From Candidatus Hydrogenedentota bacterium (GTDB lineage Bacteria; Hydrogenedentota; Hydrogenedentia; Hydrogenedentales; SLHB01), in contig JAWXCN010000114.1 in NCBI GenBank assembly GCA_034408725.1, forward strand, positions 1 to 28,600: DNA of 28,600 nucleotides, given 5' to 3'. Below are positions 1 through 7,465 of this stretch, piece after piece; within the stretch, counting starts at the first letter, position 1, and each line of letters starts with the position of its first letter. The position numbers were made by a program, and so were the translations under genes. The notes beneath the pieces were generated by a model, which had not been told where the DNA came from, searched no databases, and saw only the letters and a program-made list of their open reading frames with translations.

Positions 1-55
1 ATTTGGACTGCGGTGGCGGAGCGGGTAGCGCAGACACCGCTTTGGCTGTTTATGG
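1..55 (+). repeat. REP-like hairpin, family A (TTGGACTGCGG...CCGCTTTGG)
   Basis: GCGGTG/CACCGC stem. Segments 1-24 and 27-55 match 6563-6586 and 6463-6491 exactly in reverse complement. Related copies at 6644-6684 and 25252-25283. Confidence 0.8.
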
Positions 56-119
56 GCGAGGACTTCGTGCGCGTACGTATTTGAAATTCGAGAAACGGCC
101 ACCGTGTTAGCGTTTCTCC

Positions 120-196
120 AAAACCCAAAACCCAAAACCCAAAACCCAAAACCCAAAACCCAAAACCCAAAACCCAAAATGTAAAATGTAAAATGT
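120..196. repeat. Heptamer tandem repeat (AAAACCC)x8 followed by (AAAATGT)x3
   Basis: Counted directly: 8 units at 120-175 and 3 units at 176-196. Confidence 0.97.
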
Positions 197-257
197 AAAC
201 TTCGTCCACCAGGCGGACGCACGCCAAGTAGTCCACCACACCGCGTACAACTTTTCC

Positions 258-1511
258 CTACACCCGGTTCCGGTACTGCTCCCGATACTGTTGTGGCGAT
301 AGCCCCTCGAACTTGCGGAACAGCTTGGTGAAATTGCTCTGATCACCGATGCCCACGCGGGTGGCTACTTCGCCGACTCCGAGCCGGGTGCGGCGCAGCA
401 GTTCTTTCGCCTTGTCAATACGGAGCCTGCCTACGTATTGCGTAAACGACAACCCGTACTTGCGCTGGAGATGGTGCGTGATTGCCGTGGGATGCTTTCC
501 GAGCCGTTCCGCGATTTCGCCGAGTTGCACCGGTTCCGGCATGCGCCCCATCACGACACGGTCCAGTTCGAGCAACACATTGTCTTTCGGATGTTGTTGA
601 CGGCGCGGAACCAGCAGGGCGAGCAACGCCAAGGCGTGTTTGGCGAGGTCCGTCTCGGATGCCGGTGATTGAACCGCGGCGAGGAACGCAGGAAACAGTG
701 CCCAGGCCTCCGCTGTGGACGTGCGCGCACGCTCGCAGGCTTCGAGCACCGCGCTTACTACCGCGACCGTCCGCGCGCGGCGAGCCGCCGATAGTTTGTC
801 CGCGGAAACATTTACTTCCGCAATGGCCGTCTTGACCAGGGTGCGTGCCAGGGTTTGATCGCCGCTTGCCAATGCCGCGGCAATCTCCGCGCCCCGGTAG
901 GGCGACGTGTCCGGGGCCTTGGATTTCTGGCGCCTTGGCCGTCCACGGACTGGCGCCGGTGGCTCCGGTTCTTCCACCGGTTGCGCGGCGGTTTGCGCTT
1001 CACGCCACGCCGATTCGAGGGTGTCGACGGTCCATTCCGCAATTGCCGGCGCGCTGTCTCCGCGCACCTGCGCAATGTCGGTTAGCGAAGTTGGAAAAAA
1101 CCGCATGGGCAGGTGGCCAAGGGATTCCAATCCGCGCATCGCATCGCTCACCAGGGTCTCGGGCGCTTCGGCGGGACTGTATGGGCCCATCGTGAGCACG
1201 AACGACTGCCCGCTCGACGGAAGCGCCGGGGCGGACACGCACGCGAACCCCAGGTGACACAAGAACGGCGCGGGCCGATTCATCGCCAGCGAAAAGGAAC
1301 TGTTGCGTACACGCGACGCCCTGCACGCTTCGGCTCCGCCCGGCTGTTCCGCGACATAGGCGCAGGACGCGCACCCGGCCGTGCCGCAGAGCTTCGGACC
1401 TTCGGTGTTGTCCGCAACGTGGTGAATGCTGACCGGCATGCCCGACGCGCGCGCGGCACGGTCCAGTATGCGTTGCACCAAGTTTGATCGCAGGAACGCG
1501 ACCGCTTTCAC
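258..1511 (-). CDS. AraC-family transcriptional regulator with N-terminal PocR-type ligand-binding domain
   Basis: C-terminal double HTH (LGEIAERLG...RIDKAKELLR...EVATRVGIGDQSNFTKLFRKFEGLSPQQYR). N-terminal Cys pattern C..C...C...FLCHLG resembles PocR. GTG start overlaps the upstream TGA (GTGA at 1508-1511). Confidence 0.88.
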   Translation of the reverse strand: MKAVAFLRSNLVQRILDRAARASGMPVSIHHVADNTEGPKLCGTAGCASCAYVAEQPGGAEACRASRVRNSSFSLAMNRPAPFLCHLGFACVSAPALPSSGQSFVLTMGPYSPAEAPETLVSDAMRGLESLGHLPMRFFPTSLTDIAQVRGDSAPAIAEWTVDTLESAWREAQTAAQPVEEPEPPAPVRGRPRRQKSKAPDTSPYRGAEIAAALASGDQTLARTLVKTAIAEVNVSADKLSAARRARTVAVVSAVLEACERARTSTAEAWALFPAFLAAVQSPASETDLAKHALALLALLVPRRQQHPKDNVLLELDRVVMGRMPEPVQLGEIAERLGKHPTAITHHLQRKYGLSFTQYVGRLRIDKAKELLRRTRLGVGEVATRVGIGDQSNFTKLFRKFEGLSPQQYREQYRNRV

Positions 1512-2281
1512 GCGCGAATCTCGAACACCGGCGTCGGACTATCCTGCCCGGCGACGTGTAGCGCGGCGGCATGCCCGCGCATGGTCTGCGACGCGATCAG
1601 GTGCGCGCGTTCATGGGTGTTGTTTTCGCGGCTGATGTGGACGAGCACGACCACTCGCAACGCATCGTGCATGATGTGCGCAAGCAGCGAGCACATATCG
1701 TGGTTTGAAAGGTGTCCGTGCCGGCCGCGGATACGCTGCTGAATCATCGGCGGGTAACTGCCCTTGCTGAGCATGTCCGGACAATAGTTGGATTCCAGGA
1801 TCAGGCCGTGCGACCCGATGAGCCGTTGGCGCACCAACTCGGTGGGACGCCCGAGATCGGCGGCGATGCCCAGTTTCGTGCCTTTTGCTTCGACTACAAA
1901 ACTGACGGGATCAGCGGCGTCATGCGAAACGCTAAAACTGCCTACTCGTGCACCGTTTACCGAAACCTCTTCGCCCGCCTCGAAATAATTGATGCTGTTT
2001 AGTTTACCGATAGTTTTGGGTAGGGCGTCGTGGGTGGCGCGGGTCATATAGACCGGCACGTCCAATTTGCGGGTTAGTACCCCCAACCCACCGACATGGT
2101 CTGCGTGCTCGTGGGTGATGAAAACCGCCTTCAAACCCTCGAGGGACATGCCTGCGGCAACGGTGCGGGATTCGAGTTGGCGGTAACTTAACCCGTTATC
2201 GATAAGGATTTTATGACCATCCACATCGATCAACGTGGCGTTCCCGCTGCTACCACTGCCGAGCAAGCAAAACCGTAACAC
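1508..2281 (-). CDS. MBL-fold metallo-hydrolase, YycJ/WalJ-like
   Basis: LGSGSSGN, THEHADH, VSHDA, LESNY, GHLSN and HISRENN motifs. Start placed at GTG 2281 behind an AGGGGG SD. Confidence 0.9.
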   Translation of the reverse strand: MLRFCLLGSGSSGNATLIDVDGHKILIDNGLSYRQLESRTVAAGMSLEGLKAVFITHEHADHVGGLGVLTRKLDVPVYMTRATHDALPKTIGKLNSINYFEAGEEVSVNGARVGSFSVSHDAADPVSFVVEAKGTKLGIAADLGRPTELVRQRLIGSHGLILESNYCPDMLSKGSYPPMIQQRIRGRHGHLSNHDMCSLLAHIMHDALRVVVLVHISRENNTHERAHLIASQTMRGHAAALHVAGQDSPTPVFEIRA

Positions 2282-2325
2282 AGTGCATACCCCCTGACAC
2301 GCCCCCAGCTTCGGGCCGGTAAGCC

Positions 2326-2354
2326 ATGATAGCACCATAAGTTGCAACGGTCAA
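2326..2354 (-). promoter_or_regulatory. sigma70-type promoter for the yycJ-like/AraC operon
   Basis: Minus strand TTGACC-N17-TATCAT with TG extension. Confidence 0.65.
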
Positions 2355-2384
2355 TTGACAGCAGACAACCCTTGACGTTATAAT
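2355..2384 (+). promoter_or_regulatory. sigma70-type promoter for rpoN
   Basis: Consensus hexamers TTGACA (2355-2360) and TATAAT (2379-2384) with an 18-nt spacer. Confidence 0.8.
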
Positions 2385-2399
2385 GGCATACGATTTGCT
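2384..2399 (+). promoter_or_regulatory. sigma54 -24/-12 binding site upstream of rpoN
   Basis: TGGCATACGATTTGCT has GG(2385-86)-N10-GC(2397-98), matching TGGCA-N6-TTGC. Confidence 0.75.
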
Positions 2400-2417
2400 A
2401 AGGGGTACACTTTTCGC

Positions 2418-3845
2418 ATGATGCACATGGAACACCGGCTCTCCCAGACGCTTTCTCAGCGGCTGATGCTTACCCAGAAAATGCAGCAGGCCATCCAAAT
2501 CCTGCAGCTTTCGGGTATGGAGCTGGAACAGTATGTCCAACAAGAGCTTGAACAGAATCCCGTGCTCGAACAACTGGTCACCGAACCCAAGGTTGAACCT
2601 GCCCCCGCGCCCGCCGAAGGCACCGCTGACGGCGCGCCAATCGAGGATACCTCCTTCAACCTTGACGACTACGCCAACCAGTGGGATTTTCGCAAGGAAG
2701 GGACAGATTTCTCGCGGAACGTGGACCTGGGCGAGCGGCGCGACCACTATCAAAACAGCATCACGAAGGAAGAGTCGTTTACTTCACGATTACTGACCCA
2801 GTTGCGCATGGCGGCACAGGACGAAGCGACCTACACCGTTGGCGAACTCATTGTCGGCGAGATCAATGGCAAAGGTTATTTCACCGGGTCACTCGAGGAA
2901 ATCGCCAAGGAAGCGGGCGCAACGCTCGACGACGCCGAGCGCGTGCTCCACATGATTCAGCGGTTTGAACCCACCGGTGTTGGCGCGCGGGATGTCATCG
3001 AATGCCTGTTGCTCCAGATTGACGTCGAATACCCGCATGAACCCGAACTCCGCACCCTGGTTGCCGAACACCTTGATGAACTCGAACACCGGCAAATCCC
3101 GAAGATCGCAAAAGAAATGCGGATCACGCCCGAACGCGTCGAGGAGTTGAAGCGCCTGCTCTCGAAACTCGACCCCTGGCCCGGCCTCGAATACAGTTCG
3201 GACCCGCCGCAGTACGTCACCGCGGACGTTATCGTGGAAAAGATCGACGAAGAGTTTGTGCTTTATCTCAGCAACGATTCCATTCCGGCGCTACGCATCA
3301 GCGAGCATTACCGAAAGATGATGGGCAACGGAAAGGTCACGCGAGAAGAAAAACAGTATCTGCGCGATAAGGTGGAATCGGCGAAATGGCTGATCCGCAA
3401 CATCGAACAGCGGCAACAGACCATTCTGCGGATTGCGCGCGCGATTGTGGACGTGCAATACGAATTTCTGGATCGCGGCATTGAATTTATCAAACCGCTA
3501 ACCTTGCAGGAAATCGCCGACAAGGTTGGCGTACACGAAGCGACCGTCAGCCGCACCACCCGCGGGAAGTACATGCAAACGCCGCAGGGCCTGTTCGAGA
3601 TGAAATTTTTCTTCTCGCCCGGACTCCGGCGCGACAGCGGCGACGCGCAATCCTCGAAGAGCGTGCAGTCGATTATCAAAAAGATGATCGAGGAGGAAGA
3701 CAAAGCGAAACCGCTCAGCGATCAGAAGATCGCGGATTTGCTTAAAGTAAAGGGACTGAACATCGCGCGCCGCACGGTCACGAAGTACCGCGAGGCGCTC
3801 AGCATTCCACCTACGTCAATGCGGCGGTCTTACCAGGAAGTGTAA
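2418..3845 (+). CDS. rpoN: RNA polymerase sigma-54 factor
   Basis: Gln/Leu-rich region I (MQQAIQILQLS), FEPTGVGAR, HEATVSR and RpoN box ARRTVTKYRE. Confidence 0.98.
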   Translation: MMHMEHRLSQTLSQRLMLTQKMQQAIQILQLSGMELEQYVQQELEQNPVLEQLVTEPKVEPAPAPAEGTADGAPIEDTSFNLDDYANQWDFRKEGTDFSRNVDLGERRDHYQNSITKEESFTSRLLTQLRMAAQDEATYTVGELIVGEINGKGYFTGSLEEIAKEAGATLDDAERVLHMIQRFEPTGVGARDVIECLLLQIDVEYPHEPELRTLVAEHLDELEHRQIPKIAKEMRITPERVEELKRLLSKLDPWPGLEYSSDPPQYVTADVIVEKIDEEFVLYLSNDSIPALRISEHYRKMMGNGKVTREEKQYLRDKVESAKWLIRNIEQRQQTILRIARAIVDVQYEFLDRGIEFIKPLTLQEIADKVGVHEATVSRTTRGKYMQTPQGLFEMKFFFSPGLRRDSGDAQSSKSVQSIIKKMIEEEDKAKPLSDQKIADLLKVKGLNIARRTVTKYREALSIPPTSMRRSYQEV

Positions 3846-3847
3846 TT

Positions 3848-3921
3848 TGGAGGGCGGGTTTTCCCACCCGCCATTCTCTCGATTAGACAAATCAATGGCG
3901 GGTTGGAAAACCCGCCCTCCA
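3848..3921. repeat. Inverted REP pair, family B (TGGAGGGCGGGTTTTCC[A/C]ACCCGCCATT)
   Basis: 3848-3875 and 3894-3921 are near-perfect inverted copies. Each is itself a hairpin preceded by GGAG. Confidence 0.85.
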
Positions 3922-3937
3922 CGCGCAAACTATATTA

Positions 3938-4168
3938 ATGGACACGTCATCAATAGGACGTCTGCTTATTGTCGCGGGCATAATCCTGGCCATTGTGGGC
4001 CTCATCTTCGTCGCCGGCGGCAGGTTCGGTTTCTTCGGGCTCGGCAAGCTTCCCGGCGACATCCGCATCGAGCGCGACAACGCTCATATCTATTTTCCAA
4101 TCGTCACCTGCATCGTCATCAGCCTGGTACTTACTGCAATCTTCTATATCGTATCGCGGCTCCGCTAA
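3938..4168 (+). CDS. DUF2905-family small membrane protein
   Basis: Two hydrophobic segments flanking GLGKLPGDIRIER...YFPIVTCIVIS. Confidence 0.85.
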   Translation: MDTSSIGRLLIVAGIILAIVGLIFVAGGRFGFFGLGKLPGDIRIERDNAHIYFPIVTCIVISLVLTAIFYIVSRLR

Positions 4169-4181
4169 TTTCTTTCCGCAG

Positions 4182-6308
4182 TCATTCCGCCTCCGCAATA
4201 AATCCGTGATACCGGCCCATCCAGTACGGCAACAAATACGCTGCGCCATCATCCTCATGCCGGCCGTCGCCGCCTTCATCCGGCACATACGGGTCCGCGT
4301 TCCATTTTTGAAACACTCGCTCATCCGCGGGTAGTGCGCGCGTCAACACCGGTTTTCCGAACCGGTTCGGCCGCCAGTTCACTGTCACATCCGCGCGGTG
4401 CATATTCTTCTGTTGCCACGTCCTGCGATCGGTCGGGATTTCCTGTAAATTCTCGATTGCGCCAGGGATATCCGCCTGGTTCGGATCAACGGTTGCGTAC
4501 ACAAACGTATAGAAACTCGCCTTCTCCGGCCACACGATCCGGTAGTGCCGGCGGATTCCCTGTTTTAATGCGCGCAGGATCACCGGGTCTTTCTCCGTCT
4601 GCAACAGCGGATACCACGCGACATGCCCGAGTTGATCGTCGCTATGATTGTTTTCATCCGGCCATTCCTTTTTGGACGTGAGCACATTGCTGAGATAATG
4701 ATGGTCCATGATCAGCTTTTTGTAATGATCGAGATACTTGTCGTCACCGATCACGTGATAGCTCGTGCGCAAAAATGACAGTATCTGCAGCGCGTTGAGA
4801 CCGTTCTCGATGTAATCCCCCGGATCGCCGTTCAAGGCCTCGGGGTTCCAGAATCCCCAACGCGTGCGTTTGCCGTTCCAGTCGATCAATTGATAATTGT
4901 TATCGACGATATAGTCGATCACTTCGCGGCATTGTTGAATACACTTTTCCTTTTCCGCGGGATCGTGCTGCGCAATGTTTTCGTAATACGTGTAGAACGC
5001 CATGAAGTGCCCGTCGATTTCGTCGCTCGACGTATCGCTCTTCCAATACATCGTGCCGTCCGGCGTAGGACGCCACTGCTTTTCGTCCGCGGGCTTGTCC
5101 GGATCCTTTTTCACGCCTTCTTCCAGCGAAACTACGCTGCGCGCAACGAGTCCGGGTATGCCGGAGGCATCCTGCAACATGTACAGCGCGTGCATGCCTT
5201 CCTTCGCCGACGCCTTGTACGCTTCGTTTTTCGTTGCGCCATACGCCAGCGACATCGCCGCCACGTGATAAGCCGTCCATAACCCGTCGTTGTCGTTATC
5301 GCCGATCGTGTGCGATGTGGGGTTGTCTGGGTTATCGAGATCGCATTCGGCGACGAGGCCCAGCCTGCGATGCCGTTCGTTCAACACCTTCTCGATGACC
5401 TCGGCCCGGGCCAGTAGAGTCGTGCCGTTCACGCGAATGCGTCCGATTCCGGCAGGCGTCGCGACGAATACCTCGGTTCCCTTGGGGCTGACCGCAATCG
5501 CATTCACCTTGTCGTCGGGTAGGTATCGTTTTCCCTGACGGTAGAACCATTGCCGTCCCGTTGCGTAGGGTCGATAGTGAACCACGCCCATTGACGTGCC
5601 GATCCAAAGCCGATCATCCTTATCCACCGCAAGACAGGTAATGTCTTCATACGGCAAGCCGTCGCGCCCGCGAAACGACGTCCATGTGCCATCACTCGTG
5701 CGTTTGCTGAGCCCGATTGGCGTGCCGACCCAGAGCGTGTCTTTGGAGTCTTTTGCCAATCCAGTGATGGTCGTGGAAAGCGGGCCGTTTACGCCGTATT
5801 CGGTATGAGGTCTTATTGAGGATTCGCGGCCACCTATTTTAAACGATTCCAGTCCGGCCTTAACCAACCAATATGTATCACCAATTTTGGTGGCAAACCG
5901 GAATGTTGGATCCGAAAAATTGTCTTCTTCATTCGCGGTTCGCTTGTTTGGATCTTTTTCCACCCATGACCCGTTTCCGCTGTTCACGAACTCAGAAGAT
6001 GGGGAGAGTCCTGGTTCGCCGTGACCTGCATGTATGGTTCCGTTGCGTTCTATTTGGATCCAAGTCGCCGGCGCGCCCCCCGGATTCGGCAACGTTTCCC
6101 CGCGCACATGATCTTCGAATAACGGGACGGCAATCGGCAACTCCCACGGCTCCGTTTTCGGATCGCGGGTCATGTGATCCGGATATTCGAGCGCGGGGAC
6201 GACATTGTCCAATGGAGGCGCGGCGCCGAGCAGCTCGCTCTTTTGCGCCGGTGTGATCGCCTCTGCAAAAGCCGCGACACAGATTGCGAGAACATAAACC
6301 CATCGCAT
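4182..6308 (-). CDS. Secreted protein with beta-propeller (Reg_prop-like) repeats and a C-terminal helical putative glycoside hydrolase-like domain
   Basis: Signal peptide. Repeats ITGLAKDSKDTLWVGT, GLPYEDITCLAVDKDDRLWIGT, YLPDDKVNAIA. Acidic motifs DNDNDGLWT and WKSDTSSDE. Confidence 0.7.
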   Translation of the reverse strand: MRWVYVLAICVAAFAEAITPAQKSELLGAAPPLDNVVPALEYPDHMTRDPKTEPWELPIAVPLFEDHVRGETLPNPGGAPATWIQIERNGTIHAGHGEPGLSPSSEFVNSGNGSWVEKDPNKRTANEEDNFSDPTFRFATKIGDTYWLVKAGLESFKIGGRESSIRPHTEYGVNGPLSTTITGLAKDSKDTLWVGTPIGLSKRTSDGTWTSFRGRDGLPYEDITCLAVDKDDRLWIGTSMGVVHYRPYATGRQWFYRQGKRYLPDDKVNAIAVSPKGTEVFVATPAGIGRIRVNGTTLLARAEVIEKVLNERHRRLGLVAECDLDNPDNPTSHTIGDNDNDGLWTAYHVAAMSLAYGATKNEAYKASAKEGMHALYMLQDASGIPGLVARSVVSLEEGVKKDPDKPADEKQWRPTPDGTMYWKSDTSSDEIDGHFMAFYTYYENIAQHDPAEKEKCIQQCREVIDYIVDNNYQLIDWNGKRTRWGFWNPEALNGDPGDYIENGLNALQILSFLRTSYHVIGDDKYLDHYKKLIMDHHYLSNVLTSKKEWPDENNHSDDQLGHVAWYPLLQTEKDPVILRALKQGIRRHYRIVWPEKASFYTFVYATVDPNQADIPGAIENLQEIPTDRRTWQQKNMHRADVTVNWRPNRFGKPVLTRALPADERVFQKWNADPYVPDEGGDGRHEDDGAAYLLPYWMGRYHGFIAEAE

Positions 6309-6462
6309 GATAGGGGTCCTTTCTTGAATTCCATTCTGGGGAATTAATCTGTGCTACCCGCAGCACACCATCCACATCCTACCGCGAACCGCTCTGCGAA
6401 TCGAGCGAACTTTCGTTCATCACAGACAATCTCCCGTTGTTGTGCGTGGACGGAGCGGTCAA

Positions 6463-6586
6463 CCATAAACAGCCAAAGCGGTGTCTGCGCTCAGTTCAAT
6501 TGGCAACCATCGGCCGAGATCTAGCGTTCGTCAGTTTGCGCCGGTGAAGCGAACGATTCGTTCCGCTCCGCCACCGCAGTCCAAAT
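6463..6586 (-). repeat. REP-like family A copy with a 71-nt interior insertion
   Basis: Arms identical to 1-24 and 27-55, but separated by 6492-6562 instead of 2 nt. Confidence 0.8.
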
Positions 6587-6643
6587 AGTTCTTCTCCCAA
6601 AACAGCTTAGTCCTCTACCCCAACGACGTTTTAGGAAGAAGCC

Positions 6644-6684
6644 TATTTGGACTGCGGCGGCCCCCAAGGCGCCGCTTTGGCTGT
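6644..6684 (+). repeat. REP-like family A copy, inverted relative to 6463-6586
   Basis: TATTTGGACTGCGGCGGCCCCCAAGGCGCCGCTTTGGCTGT. Confidence 0.75.
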
Positions 6685-6733
6685 CAAGCACCGTTTACGT
6701 GGTATTGTGGTGATAATCCGTGGAGTGTTTCGT

Positions 6734-7447
6734 ATGATCGCGGTGGTCTTGTGCATTTTTTTATTGGCGCAGCATGGTGGCACGGCCGAATCTCTTGCCC
6801 GCGACCTTTCCGCCGCGCGGCTTGCGTACGATACTGCTGCCGCGCAGTCCGTTCGCGAAAAAGCGCGCGCCCTCGTCACCAGCGGCGACAACGCAGCTTC
6901 CCGCATTCACGTCGAAGCCGCGCTACTCGTCGCGGAACTTCACCGAATCGCGTGGGAACAGCTCCCGGAATCCGACGTCGCGCATCGCCGCCCGTTTGGC
7001 GAACAGATCGACGCGGCCGCGGAGGAAGCGCTGGCATCGCTCGAAAAACTCCCCGAAGATTCCGAGCGGTATAGACTTCGCGCCGATATCCTTGGCACGA
7101 TGATCCGTAGCGATTTCCGCGCGAAAAAGTATCGGAAGGACATGGAAACGTCCGCGGCGAAAGCAGTCGAACTTGATCCAACCAACGCGAAAGCCTACGT
7201 GTCCCGGGCGAAACCATTCGTGTTCGCCGAGACGAATGTCGGCGGTGACCCGGCCAAGGCCATCGAACTTCTCACAAAAGCGCTCGACCTCGATCCGGAA
7301 CTGGAACCCGCGCGATGCCTGCGCGCATTGGCGTATCAGAAGGCGGGCAATGACGACCTATCCCGCGCGGATTGGGAGAAAGCGCTTGCGGACAATCCCG
7401 TGTGCAAACCCGCCGCGGATGAATTAAAGAAACTTGGTGCGCGGTAG
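6734..7447 (+). CDS. Secreted tetratricopeptide-repeat protein
   Basis: Signal peptide after a GGAG SD. TPR-like segments KAVELDPTNAKAY, KALDLDPELEPA, WEKALADNP. Confidence 0.8.
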   Translation: MIAVVLCIFLLAQHGGTAESLARDLSAARLAYDTAAAQSVREKARALVTSGDNAASRIHVEAALLVAELHRIAWEQLPESDVAHRRPFGEQIDAAAEEALASLEKLPEDSERYRLRADILGTMIRSDFRAKKYRKDMETSAAKAVELDPTNAKAYVSRAKPFVFAETNVGGDPAKAIELLTKALDLDPELEPARCLRALAYQKAGNDDLSRADWEKALADNPVCKPAADELKKLGAR

Positions 7448-7465
7448 CGGAAAGGATTGGTCAGG

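Noticed and set aside
107..346. 79-aa ORF with FWVLGFG repeats
   Set aside because: Translation of the heptamer tract, overlapping the AraC 3' end in another frame.
3847..4209. 120-aa ORF
   Set aside because: Begins within the REP pair and overlaps DUF2905 out of frame.
1..6586. Inverted identical repeats as terminal IRs of a 6.6-kb transposon or invertible segment
   Set aside because: Encloses core genes (rpoN), there is no transposase or recombinase, and other dispersed copies show a REP family.
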